From the NCBI RefSeq assembly GCF_963921235.1, contig NC_086097.1, positions 70,496,001-70,560,000 of the forward strand: 64,000 bases of DNA, in the 5' to 3' direction. This stretch comes from Mobula hypostoma (Eukaryota). Below, in pieces: positions 11,451 to 23,700 of the stretch. The position numbers and the translations under genes were made by a program. The notes under the pieces were generated by a model. The model searched no databases. It had not been told where the DNA came from and saw only the letters and a program-made list of their open reading frames with translations. The first letter of the stretch is position 1, and the number at the start of each line of letters is the position of its first letter.

Positions 11451-14400
11451 GTTAAAGTTCAACGTTAATTATCATTCAACCATACATTCAACTAAACAAA
11501 CTAGTGCTCCTCTGGGGCCAAAGTGCAAAATGCATCACCAACACAGCACACTGCAAATAGCACATGGCACAAATAGCACATATGGTTACGGTTTCAGAAA
11601 AACATACCATCACAAAGGAAAAAATAATACAGCCCAAGTCTGTAGACTGTAGAATATCCTGGTCCAGCTTGTTCTTCCACTGAGCGAACACTGGAGTGTA
11701 ACACCCAGTGAACACCAGAGAGTAACACCCAGTGGACACCAGAGAGTAACACCCAGTGGACACCAGAGTGTAACACCCAGTGGACACCAGAGTGTAACAC
11801 CCAGTGGACACCAGAGTGTAACACCGAATGAACACCAGAGAGTAACACCGAATGAACACCAGAGAGTAACACCGAATGAACACCAGAGAGTAAAACCCAG
11901 TGAACACCAGAGTGTAACACCCAGTGAACACCAGAGAGTAACACCGAGTGAACACCACAGAGTAACACCGAGTGAACACCAGAGAGTAGCACCGAGTGAA
12001 CACCAGAGAATAACACCGAGTGAAAACCAGAGAATAACACCGAGTGAAAACCAGAGAGTAACACCCAGTGAACACCAGAGAGTAACACTGAGTGAACACC
12101 AGAGAGTAACACCGAGTGGACACCAGAGAGTAACACCCAGTGAACACCAGAGAGTAACACCGAGTGAACACCAGAGAGTAACACTGAGTGAACACCAGAG
12201 AGTAACACCGAGTGGACACCAGAGAGTAACACCCAGTGAACACCAGAGAGTAACACCGAGTGGACACCAGAGAGTAACACCGAGTGAACACCAGAGAGTA
12301 ACACCGAGTGAACACCAGAGAGTAACACCGAGTGAACACCACAGAGTAACACCCAGTGAACACCAGAGAGTAACACTGAGTGAACACCAGAGAGTAACAC
12401 CGAGTGGACACCAGAGAGTAACACCCAGTGAACACCAGAGAGTAACACCGAGTGAACACCAGAGAGTAACACCCAGTGAACACCAGAGAATAACACCAAG
12501 TGAACACCAGAGAGTAACACCGAGTGGACACCAGAGAGTAACACTGAGTGAACACCAGAGAGTAACACTGAGTGAACACCAGAGAGTAACACCGAGTGGA
12601 CACCAGAGAGTAACACCGAGTGGACACCAGAGAGTAACACCAAGTGAACACCAGAGAGTAACACCGAGTGAACACCAGAGAGTAACACCCAGTGAACACC
12701 AGAGAGTAACACCAAGTGAACACCAGAGAGTAACACCGAGTGAACACCAGAGAGTAACACCGAGTGAACACCAGAGTGTAACACCGAATGAACACCAGAG
12801 AGTAACACCGAGTGAACACCAGAGAGTAACACCGAGTGAACACCAGAGAGTAACACCGAGTGGACACCAGAGAGTAGCACCAAGTGAACACCAGAGAGTA
12901 ACACCGAGTGGACACCAGAGAGTAACACCCAGTGAACACCAGAGAGTAACACCGAGTGAACACCAGAGAGTAACACCGAGTGAACACCAGAGAGTTACAC
13001 CAAGTGAACACCAGAGAGTAACATCCAGTGAGCACCAGAGAGTAACACCGAGTGAACACCAGAGAGTAACACCCAGTGAACACCAGAGAGTAACACCAAG
13101 TGAACACCAGAGAGTAACATCCAGTGAACACCAGAGAGTAACACCGAGTGAACACCAGAGAGTAACACCGAGTGAACACCAGAGTGTAACACCGAATGAA
13201 CACCAGAGAGTAACACCGAGTGAACACCAGAGAGTAACACCAAGTGAACACCAGAGAGTAGCACCGAGTGAACACCAGAGTGTAACACCGAGTGAACACC
13301 AGAGAGTAACACCGAGTGGACACCAGAGAGTAGCACCAAGTGAACACCAGAGAGTAACACCGAGTGAACACCAGAGAGTAACACCGAGTGAACACCAGAG
13401 AGTTACACCAAGTGAACACCAGAGAGTAACATCCAGTGAACACCAGAGAGTAACACTGAGTGAACACCAGAGAGTAACACCGAGTGGACACCAGAGAATA
13501 ACACCGAGTGAAAACCAGAGAGTAACACCGAGTGAACACCAGAGAGTAACACCCAGTGAACACCAGAGAGTAGCACCGAGTGAACGCCAGAGAGTAGCAC
13601 CGAGTGAACACCAGAGAATAACACCAAGTGAACACCAGAGAGTAACACCGAGTGAACACCAGAGAGTAACACCGAGTGGACACCAGAGAGTAACACCAAG
13701 TGAACACCAGAGAGTAACATCCAGTGAACACCAGAGAGTAACATCCAGTGGACACCAGAGAGTAGCACCAAGTGAACACCAGAGAGTAACACCGAGTGAA
13801 CACCAGAGAGTAACACCGAGTGAACACCAGAGAGTAACACCAAGTGAACACCAGAGAGTAACATCCAGTGGACACCAGAGAGTAGCACCAAGTGAACACC
13901 AGAGAGTAACACCGAGTGAACACCAGAGAGTAGCACCAAGTGAACACCAGAGAGTAACATCCAGTGAACACCAGAGAGTAACACCGAGTGAACACCAGAG
14001 AGTAACACCCAGTGAACACCAGAGAGTAGCACCCAGTGAACGCCAGAGAGTAGCACCGAGTGAACGCCAGAGAGTAGCACCGAGTGAACACCAGAGAATA
14101 ACACCAAGTGAACACCAGAGAGTAACATCCAGTGAACACCAGAGAGTAGCACCGAGTGAACGCCAGAGAGTAACACCGAGTGGACACCAGAGAATAACAC
14201 TGAGTGAACACCAAAGAGTAACACCCAGTGAACACCAGAGAGTAACACCAAGTGAACACTGCAGGGCAGCACCAACAGGAGAGGCTTTTCCCCAACTTAA
14301 CACGATTCCAATGTGCTCAGCAGAAGCCCCTGCTCTCTCCCCTTTGTATCCAAGGTGACCCTGCTGCCTAGTTCTCGCTATGAACAATGAATAGACTTGC

Positions 14401-14738
14401 AGTATTGTAGATTACCTATGACCAACAGGGACTTATTATCCCTATAAAAAACATGCAAGGCAATCATTTGCTCTGTTTGTTGGATCTCACACCATCTTGG
14501 CACAGTGGTATGCAACAAGTCCAGGTGATAAGGCAACAATGATACTCAATAAGTTCTAGCTCCATTGCTATCGAGCAACTGACCAATGGGGTAGAGGTTG
14601 ATCTGCAGTACCTGATGTTGTTAGCAACCAGCAGTAGCTTGGTATCACAAAAACAACTTACAAGACGAACAAATACACCTTTGACTGGACTCCAAGTGGC
14701 TGCTGCATCTGAGTGTGCTGCCATCCGACTGGAAATTA
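11450..14738 (-). mobile_element. Non-autonomous retroelement (family B, Rex1-derived?) containing the expanded minisatellite
   Basis: Both flanks of the array align to 32437-33238: 5' end TTCCAGTCGGATGGCAGCACACTCAGATGCAGCAGCC vs TTCCAGTAAAATGGTGGCACACTCAGACATAGCAGCC, and 3' end TTGGCCCC...AATGATAATTAA in both. Confidence 0.75.
11684..14258. repeat. 24-bp minisatellite, consensus GAACACCAGAGAGTAACACCGAGT, about 107 units
   Basis: Directly visible tandem array. The 8-aa periodicity of the overlapping ORFs confirms the 24-nt period. Confidence 0.98.
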
Positions 14739-14753
14739 CAGTATAGAGGTGTC

Positions 14754-15356
14754 ATCAGAATCAGGTTTATTATTACCAGGATGTGATGTGAAACTTGTTA
14801 ACTTAGCAGCAGCAGTTCAAAGCAATACATAATCTAGCAGAGAAAAGAAATAATAAATAAAATAAAAATAATAATAAATAAACAAGTAAATCAATTAAGT
14901 ATATTGAATAGATTTTAAAAACATGCAAAAACAGAAATACTGTACATTAAAAAAATAAGTGAGGTAGTGTCCAAAGATTCAATGTCCATTTAGGAATCAG
15001 ATGGCAGAGGGGAAGAAGCTGTTTCTGAATTGCTGAGTGGGTGCCTTCAGGCTTCTGTATCTCCTACCTGACGGTAACAGTGAGAAAAGGGCAAGCCCTG
15101 GGTGCTGGAGATCCTTAATAATGAACGCTTTCTGCGATACCGCTCCCTGAAGATGTCCTGGGTACTTTGTAGGCTAGTGCCCAAGATGGAGCTGACTAGA
15201 TTTACAACCCTCTGCAGCTTCTTTCAGTCCTGTGCAGTAGCCCCTCCATAATCAGACAGTGATGCAGCCTGTCAGAATGCTCTCCACGGTACAACTATGG
15301 AAGTTTTTGAGCGTAGTTGTTGACATGCCAAATCTCTTCAAACTCCCAATAAAGTA
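14754..15356 (-). mobile_element. Rex1/Babar-type LINE 3' fragment
   Basis: (ATCAGA)n tail with TTTATT (minus-strand AATAAA). Minus strand encodes a C-terminus resembling IKDLQHPGLALFSLLPSGRRYRSLKAPTQQFRNSFFPSAI. Confidence 0.8.
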
Positions 15357-15454
15357 CAACAACTACGCTCAAAAACTCACCTTCCCCATTAACCTCGTAT
15401 TCTAGCATGCTGTGGGAAATGCAACGTTTTTATTTTTGCTTTTTTCCATTATTT

Positions 15455-15955
15455 TACTCTCAGTTTGGAGGAGTAACATCTTATATTCTACCTGGCTAGC
15501 CTCCAACCTGACAGCACAAACATCAAATTCTCTAACTTCCAGTGATGTCTTGCCCCTCCCTCTTCTCACTTTTTACATTCCCCATTCTGGCTCCCCTATC
15601 ATCCTTCTTCTCAACTGCCAATCACATCCCTCTCAAGTCTCTCCCCTTTCTCCTATGGATCTCTTTCCTCTCCCATCAGATTTCTTCTTCTTCAGACCTT
15701 CACTTTTCCACTTACCACTTCTCAGCCTCTCACCCCCCACCCAATCCACCTTCCCCCTAACCGCGTTTCACTCATAACCTGCCAGCCTGTACTCCCCCAC
15801 CTTCTCACTTTGGTGTCTGCCCCCTTCCTTTCCGGTCCTGATGAAGGGTCTTGGCCCTAAACATTGACTTTTTATTCCTTTCCGTAGATGCTGACTGACT
15901 TGCTGAGTTCTTCCAGCATTTTGTGTGTTACTCTGGATTTCCAGCATCTTGTGTT
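15455..15955 (+). mobile_element. Older PLE 3' end with decayed hammerhead (15834-15869)
   Basis: TTGGAGGAGTAACATCTTATATTC...AGCCTCCAACCTGA matches the GIY-YIG C-terminus. GGTCCTGATGAAGGGTCTTGGCCCTAAACATTGACT. Confidence 0.85.
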
Positions 15956-17786
15956 CATTATTTTATGTTGCTTGAGAGGGGGGCTGGGTTACCGCCTGGA
16001 ACGTAGAACATAGATGAGTACTGCACAGGGACAGGCCATTCAGCCCAATGTTGTGCTAAAAAGCAAATCAAAAACACCCAAACACTAATTCCTCCTACCT
16101 ACACCATGTCCACATCCCTTCATCTTCCTCACATCCATGTGCCCATCCAAACATCTCTTAAAAGCCTCTAATGTATTTGCCTTCACCACATTCCAGGCAG
16201 CACATTCCAGGCATCCATGACTCTCTGAGTAAAATATTTACCCCTCACATCCCCCTTTAAACTACCCCTTCTCACCTTCAATGAATGCCCTTTGGCATTA
16301 GACATTTCAACCCTGGGAAACCCTCTGTCCACTCTGTCTGTGCCTCTCATAATCTGTCAGATTTGCCCTCAGCCTCCGATGCGCCAGAGAAAACAACCCA
16401 AGTTTATCCAGCCTCTTGTGACAGCACGTGCCCTCTAAAGCAGGCAGCGTCCTGGTAAACCTCTTCTGCACCCTCTCCAAAGCCGCAACATCCTTCCTGC
16501 ACTGGGGCTTTTTGTAAAGTTGCAACATAACCTGCTGACTTTTGAACTCAATGCCTCAACTAATAAAAACAAGCATTCCATAAGCCTTCTTAACCACCCT
16601 ATTGACCTGTGTAGCCATGTTCAAGGAGCTATCATCTTGGATCCCAAGATCTCTCTGCTCAGCAACACTGTTAAGGACCTTGCCCCTGAACAGTGTACTG
16701 CCTCCTGGCATTTGCCCTGCCGAGGTGCAGCACATCACATTTATCTGGGTTAAACCCCAAATGCCATTTCTCTGCCCATATCTGCATCTGATCTATATCA
16801 TGCTGTATTCTTTGCCAGTTTTCTACACTATCCACAATTCTACCAATCTTGGTATCATCTGCAAACTTACTAACCTATCCACCTACATTTTCATCCAGGT
16901 CATTTATATACATCACAAACAGCAGAGGTCCCAGCACTGATCTCCGTGGAACTCCGCTAATTACCGACCTCCAGCTCAAATAAGTCCCTTCAACCACTAC
17001 CTCTGTCTTTTATGCGCAAGCCAGTTCTGAATCCAACTAGCCAATTCACCGCGGATCCCATGCATCATAATCTTCTGGCTTAGCCTCCATTGAGGGACTT
17101 TGTCAAACACCTTACTGAAATCTATTTAGGCAACATCCACTGCCTTACCCTCATCAATCTCTCTTGTCACCTTGTCGAAAAATTCAATCAAGTTGGTAAG
17201 GCACGACCTGCCGTGCACAATCCCATGCTGGCTCTCCTAATTAGGCCATGGATTTCCAAATGCTCAAATATCCTATCCCTAAGAATTTTCTCCAGCAATT
17301 TCCCTACAAATGACATAGGACTCAACAGTCTATAGTTCTCAGAATTTTCCCTTGTTCCTTTCTTAAATGAAACTACATTAGCCTCTCATCAGTCCTGTGG
17401 GACCTCGCCTGTGACTGGAGAGGACACAAAGATACTGGTTAAGGGCCCAGTGATTTCGTCTCTTGCTTCCTTCAATAACCTGGGGTAACTCCCATCAGGA
17501 CCTGGGGACATCCATCTTAATACTCATTAGGAGGCTCAACACTTCCTTCTCCTTGACCTCCAAATGCCCTAACATATTTATACACTCAGCTTTGATCTTG
17601 TGGTCCTCCATATCCTTTCCCTTGGTAAATACTGAAACAAAGTACTCATTAAGTACCTCATATTCTGTACATACAAGCAAATGTTCTCCCCTTTATCTTG
17701 AGTGATCGCATCCTCTTCCTAGTTATCCTCTAGCTCTTGATGTATGTATAGAACGTCTTGGGATTCACCTTACTTGCCAAGGACTT

Positions 17787-18308
17787 ATATACTTTATACT
17801 TTATTGTCACCAAACAATTGATACTAGAACATACAATCATCACAGTGATATTTGATCCTGCGCTTCTCGCTCCCTGAATTACAAATACTAAATATTAAAA
17901 ATAGTAAAAATTAGTAAATATTAAAATTTACATTATAAATCATAAACAGAAAATAGAAAATTGGAAAGTAAGGTAGTGCAAAAAAACCGAGAGGCAGGTC
18001 TGGATATTTGGAGGGTACAGCCCAGATCCGGGTCAGGATCCGTTCAGCAGTCTTATCACAGTTGGAAAGAAGCTGTTCCCAAATCTGGCCGCGAGTCTTC
18101 AAGCTCCTGAGCCTTCTCCTGGAGGGAAGAGGGATGAAAAGTGTATTAGTTGGGTGGGTCGTGTCCTTGGTTATCCTGGCAGCACTGCTTCGACAGTGTG
18201 CGGTGTAAAGTGAGCCCAAGGACGGAAAATTGGTTTGTGTGATGTGCTGCGCCGTGTTCACGATCTTCTGCAGCTTCTTTCGGTCTTGGACAGGACAACT
18301 TCCATACC
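17787..18308 (-). mobile_element. Rex1/Babar-type LINE 3' fragment
   Basis: TAQHITQTNFPSLGSLYTAHCRSSAARITKDTTHPTNTLFIPLPSRRRLRSL. (ATACTTT)n tail. Flanked by AGGACTT direct repeats. Confidence 0.85.
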
Positions 18309-19036
18309 AGGACTTTTCTGGTCTTTCCTAGTCTGCCTTTCCAAATTCTCTTCTTTAGTTCTTTTCTGGATTCTTTATACTCCTCACGTGCTTCACTTGA
18401 TCCTGACTTCTGAAACTTTACGCACTTTTCCTTTTTCTTCTTGACTAAATTTATCACCTCTCTGGACATGCAAAGTTCTCTTATTCTTCCATCCCCACCC
18501 TTCCATCTAACAGGAACATACCTTTTCTCTATTCTGTGCAATAGATTTTTTAACACCCTTCACATGTCTGATGTGGACTTGCCAGAGTAAAGCTGTTCCC
18601 AATTAACACTTCTTAGTTCCTGCCTAATATCCTCGAAATTTGCCCTACTCGAATTTAAACTCTCCCACAAGGACCATACCTATCCTTAACTATAGCTATC
18701 TTAAAAGATAAGGAGTTGTGGACACTGTTCCTTATCTGTTCACTCACTGAAAGGTCAGTCACCTGGCCAGGCTCATTACCCAACACCAGGTCCAGTACAG
18801 CCCCTCCTCTCATTGGACCCTCCACGTATTCAGTTAAGAAACCTTCCTGGATACACGTAACAAATTCTGCCCCATTTAAACCCCTTACACTAAGAAGGTC
18901 TCAGTTTATATTAGGGAAATTGAAATCCCTCATAACAACCCTGTGATGTTTACACATTTCCTTAATCTGATTACATACCTGTTCCTCAGTGTCCCAGTGG
19001 CTATTAGGGGGTCTGTAGTACAATTCCATCAGTGCT

Positions 19037-19833
19037 TATGTCCCTCCCCACGGATCTCCCACCTGGCACTTATCCCTGTAAGTGCAAGTGCTACACCTGT
19101 CCCTACACCTCCTCTCTTGCCACCATTCAGGGCCCAAACAGTCCTTCCAAGTGAGACAACACTTCACTTGTGAGTCTGTTGGGGTCATCTATTGCATCCG
19201 GTGCTCCCGGTGCGGCCTCCTCTACATCGGTGAAATCCGACGCAGATTGGGGGACCGCTTCGTTGAGCACCTCTGCTCCGTCCGCCAAAACAGACAGGAT
19301 CTCCCAGTAGCCACCCACTTTAACTCTGCTTCCCACTCCCATTCACATATGTCCATACATGGCCTCCTCTACTGCCATGATGAGGCTAAACTCAGGTTGG
19401 AGGAGCAACACCTCATATACTGTCTAGGTAGTCTCCAGCCCCTTGGTATGAACACAGAATTCTCCAACTTCCGGTAATTCCCTCCCCCTCCCTTCCCCTA
19501 TCCCTATTTCACTCTGCCCCCTCCCCTAGCTGCCTACCACCTCCCTCATGGTTCCGCCTCCTTCTACTACCCATTGTGTTTTCCTCTATTCCTTCTTCAC
19601 CTTTCCTGCCTATCACCTCCCTGCTTCCCCTCCCCCACCCCTTTATCTTTCCTGTTACTGGTTTTTCACCTGGAACCTACCAGCTTCTCCTTCCCACCCT
19701 CCCCCCACCTTCTTTATAGGGCCTCTGCCCCTTCCCTCTTCAGTCCTGACGAAGGGTTCCGGCCTGAAACATCGACTCATCGTTTCCACGGATGCTGCCC
19801 GACCTGCTGAGTTCCTCCAGCGTGTTGTGAGTG
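19037..19833 (+). mobile_element. PLE 3' fragment: GIY-YIG domain plus hammerhead (19742-19777)
   Basis: ORF 19082-19477 contains VIYCIRCSRCGLLYIGE. AGTCCTGACGAAGGGTTCCGGCCTGAAACATCGACT. Confidence 0.93.
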
Positions 19834-20747
19834 ATTGCACCCTTCCTATTCCTGAGTTCCAGCCAATGAACTGCGTGTTTGTCCCCACCATTATGTCTCC
19901 CCTGAGGACAGCTGCGATATTGTTCCTGATCAGTAGTGCAACTCCAACCCTTTTCTACCTCCTCGTTTATCTATTCTAAAACTTTGAAAACCTGGTACAT
20001 TATCGTACCTTTCTGCCCCTCTCTCAATCGTTTCAGTAATGACTACAACATCATAGTTCCATGTACTGATCCATGCTTTAAGTTCATCACCCTTACCCAT
20101 AACAGTCCTACCATTAAAATATACACACTTCAAACTATCTGACCCATCATACCCATTATTTCGATTTGCCTTTCAGTACTTTCCCTGACATCTACCTTCT
20201 GGTCCAATTCTTCCCATACTGTCCTGGGGCTCCAGTTCCCAGCCCCCTGCAAAACTAGTTTAAACTCTTCTGAGTAATATCTGCAAACCTCCCCAGCAGG
20301 ATCTTGTTTCCCTTCCAAATCAGGTGCAACCTGTCCCTCTTATACAGGACACTCCTTCCCCAGAAAAGATTCCAAAGATCCAAGAACTTGAAACCCTGTC
20401 CCCTGCACCATCTCATCGGCCACTCATTCATCCGTGCTATCACCCCATTCCTACCTGCAGCAGCCTGTGACACAGGGAGTAATCCAGAGATTACAGTCTT
20501 GGAGGTCCTTCTCTTCAGCCTCTTTCCTAACTCTATATACTGACTGCATAGACTTGTTCCCCTTTTCTGTCTATATCACTGGTGCCCTCAACCTCTGGCT
20601 GTTCCCCCTCCCGCTTGAGAATATCCTGCAGCCGCTCCAGTACATCATGGACCCCAGCTCGCGGGAGGCAACACGCCATCCTGGTGTCTCTTTTGCAGCC
20701 ACTGAATCTCCTTTCTGTCCTCTTAAATACTGAGTCCACCTTAAATT

Positions 20748-20971
20748 TGTTTATGTTTTGTGACTTCAAAACATTAAACTAATTCAAAAGAAGACACAGG
20801 AGTGCGACATGTGAGTCTAACTTTGTGTTTTACTTTAAGCGTTGGTAGCATGATGACATATGCAATTCACCTATTTATACATATAACTCGCAATGAAGTA
20901 TTTAAATGGACAAGAATGGCTAACTAACAAGATTACTCAAATATTACTGAAATATTAAATACACTACAACA
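20748..20971. mobile_element. Possible short solo LTR
   Basis: TGTT...AACA termini on an AT-rich block at the end of the CR1. No clean TSD. Confidence 0.3.
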
Positions 20972-21201
20972 TTTGATCTGGCTGATGAAGAGTGATCTGC
21001 AAAGAAGGAGTATTTAATCTCTCCAGCCTATCTGTCCTCGTAGCCACAATGCCAGATCAATTGTAATCGGTTGTGGGATGTTTGGGCAGCAGGAAGCCAC
21101 TGGCTAATGCAACGAGAGGCTTCTGAGTATTCCTGTTCCTGCCTCCTCTCCAGATGTTCACAGCCTTCAACTGACATGAGACCCATTTTAAAATTCTAGT
21201 C

Positions 21202-21374
21202 CTGCTGATGTCATAATGTCTCGATCCACATAGTTAACCAGCACCTGGTGATGTCATAATGTCGATCCACATACTTAAACAGCACCTGGTGATGTAATGC
21301 TTTAATCTGCATACTTAAAAAGCACCTGGTGATGTCATAATGCCCTAATCTACTCACTTAAATGGCATCTGGTG
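21202..21374. repeat. Degenerate tandem repeat, 40-43 bp period, about 4 copies
   Basis: CTG(G/C)TGATGT... recurs at 21202, 21245, 21286 and 21326, with a partial CTGGTGA at 21369. Confidence 0.9.
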
Positions 21375-21404
21375 ACAGTGAAGGTGGTTGTCCAGATCAG
21401 CTGG

Positions 21405-22480
21405 GTAAGAGCGCCAGGGAATGGCAAATGGAATTTAATTTGGATAAGTGTGAGGTGTTCCACATCCTCAGAATTGAGGGACGTCTATTTAGAAAAAGAT
21501 GAGGAAAAACTTCTTTAGCCAGATGGTGGAGAATCTGTAGAATCCATTGTGCAGGCTGAGACATTGGGTATATTTAAGGCAGAATTTAAGGCGGTATATT
21601 TAATGATAGTTCCTTGATTAATCAGGGCATCAAAGGTTACAGAAAGAAGGCAGGAGAATGGAGTTGAGAGGGATAATAATCAGTCATGATGGAATGGCAG
21701 AGCAGACTTGATGGGCTGAAAGGCCTAATTCTGCTCCTATGTCTTATGCTCTTATTTTATGAAGCCAGATGAGGGTAAGACTTTCACAGCAAGGCCTCTG
21801 AAAGTGTTGTCAAACAGAGGGACCTAGGAGTACGAGTATGTGGTTCCATGAAAAGTGGCTTTGCAGGTGGACAGTGTGGTGAAGAAGGCTTCTGGCATGT
21901 TGGCTTTCATCAGTCAGATCACAAGTGATTAGGTTGTTCTGGTGGAACGGTACAAGACATTGCTGAAGCTGCGTTTGAAATATTGTGTTCAGTTTTGATC
22001 ACCTTGCTATAGGAAAAATGCCATTAAACTAGAAAAGAGTGCAGAGGAGATCTATGAGGATGTTGCCGGGCTTCAGGGAGAGAGGTTGAGCAGGCTGGTA
22101 CTTACTGGAGTGCAGGAGAATGTCGGGTGATCATACAAAGGTGTATAAAATTATGAGAGGCACAGATAGGGTGGAGGTTTTCAGTCTTTTTTATCCCAGG
22201 GTTGCATAAAGAACTAAAGGGCATGGGTACAGACTGAGAGTGGAGGTATTTAATAGAAAACTGAGGGGGCAACTTATTCTAAAAGAGGGTGGTCTATGTA
22301 TGGAATGCGTTGCCAGAGGAAGTGTTTGAAGTAGGTACACTTAGCAATAGTGAAAAAGAACACTTGGGCAGGTACACGGAAAAGATAAGTTGAGAGAGAT
22401 ATGGATCAAACAGGGGACTTGAGGTTAGCTTAGATGAGTGGCAATGATACACTGACAGGTAAGCAACCTGGCCATTTTGA
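21405..22480 (+). mobile_element. Two old nested CR1 fragments
   Basis: WQMEFNLDKCEV motif at ~21420, a CR1 3' UTR ending at ~21750, then further CR1 ORF2 and 3' sequence to ~22480. Confidence 0.8.
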
Positions 22481-22892
22481 CTGTCCAATATATCATGAAA
22501 TATACTGTATGTTTAAATACACTGCTCATATTAATGAGAACTTTAATGTTTCACCATGGACGGTAAAGTCATCAATTTAATATTAACAGCTATATGACTG
22601 GACTATTCACAAGCTTCAGTCTAAGTTCAGAATGTTGAAACAAGTTTATTTTTGTAATATCCTAGTCGAACATTTAGATACAAATCTGTAGTTTTTTAGA
22701 AAGTAAACCTTTTAGAAATTATTTGATTCGTCTTGACAGCTGAGATGCAAATGTTAATTCAACTATCAATGTCAGCCCATTTTTATTTTCCCTCCCATGG
22801 AGTATTTGAAATTCTGAAGGTGCCTTTAAAAGATATTAATAAACATTTTCAGTTTACATTGTATCTCCCATCTGGATGTATTCTTTCCTCAC

Positions 22893-22947
22893 CATGTCTC
22901 TGAGGTGGATTTATAAATTCTTGATGTCCGACGTATAAACAGTTCAT
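22893..22947 (-). CDS. Candidate coding part of a host first exon (MNCLYVGHQEFINPPQRH + phase-1 donor; alternatively only the terminal ATG is coding)
   Basis: Minus strand CAGAGACATG|GTGAGG is a strong donor at 22892-22887, inside a repeat-free, motif-rich island. Protein not recognised. Confidence 0.35.
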
Positions 22948-23179
22948 ATGCAAGTGATTATTGAGAACTCTTGCCAGTCTTCCAGTGAGTTCGGTGTGTG
23001 AACTTGTAAAGAAGTCAGAATTGAAACTGCTTTGAGATAAAAATTCTGGATGGTTAAACTGAATAAGTTCTAGGGTGATACTGGGTTAAAGCTTTGGCAA
23101 TGTGGGCGGGCACGGTCGCTTTCAGTGGCTCTGCAGTGGTGATGTTAACGGCAGAGCTGCGGTGACATATTTTCTGTTC

Positions 23180-23700
23180 CAGACCTGTGCTGCTCAATTT
23201 TCTCTGTTCTGTAATAGAAGCAGAAGTCAGTTACCTCAGCTAGTCTTTGTGCTGCTGACTCCGTGCTGACTTTTCAACTCGCTAGTCAGACAAAAATAGG
23301 AGTGGGGGAGGGAGAAGGGGAGGGACTGGAAGGATCACAGAAAGACATGTCTCTTTTTCCTCTATTTACAGCCACTGGGGTTTAATGCAATCTATAAACT
23401 CATCTGTCTGTTTACATACCAGCAAATGATATGTCTCTCTGATCCACTTACATCTTCAAGCCTAATGTATACACAGAGCACTGGCACTGTGTATACAAGA
23501 CACAAAGATAGCTGCGGGCTGTGTGCTGTCTGTCCCTGCTTTCACAGCAGACTGTCACTCTAATAAATAAAGCATCCGTTTAGGCAGAGGGGTCTTGGAG
23601 AGCTGAAGAGCCACATTGCGTGCAAATCCACCTCAGTGATCCGGCTTCCTTGTGGTTGAGGGTAATTCTAACTGACATGTTACAGTAAAAGTACTTTATC
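23180..23700 (-). promoter_or_regulatory. Candidate promoter/enhancer upstream of the putative exon
   Basis: Unique sequence with a G/A-rich tract (~23300-23335), MEF2-like CTATTTACAG (~23362), and E-box CATCTG next to forkhead TGTTTAC (~23401-23415). Confidence 0.35.

Larger units (their letters stand above)
16000..20735 (-). mobile_element. Long decayed CR1: ORF1 GDSL/SGNH esterase part plus ORF2 APE-RT, interrupted by a Rex1 (17787-18308) and a PLE (19037-19833)
   Basis: ORF1 motifs CCLPRAGVHDVLERLQDIL and FKFLDLWNLFWGRSVLYKRDRLHL. APE start CVYFNGRTVMGKGDELKAWISTWNYDVVVITET. RT/C-terminal fragments down to ~16000. Confidence 0.9.

Noticed and set aside
11684..14258. CRISPR-like regular array
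   Set aside because: Head-to-tail units with no unique spacers, no cas genes, and a vertebrate context.
11488..14387. 935-aa and 925-aa ORFs and other long ORFs with 8-aa repeats; also an ATG-less plus-strand (EHQRVTPS)n frame
   Set aside because: Artefact of a 24-bp unit that lacks stops in four of six frames. The array lies inside a retroelement and has no gene context.
21202..21374. Repeat-spacer appearance
   Set aside because: The intervening segments are homologous to each other, so this is a degenerate tandem repeat.
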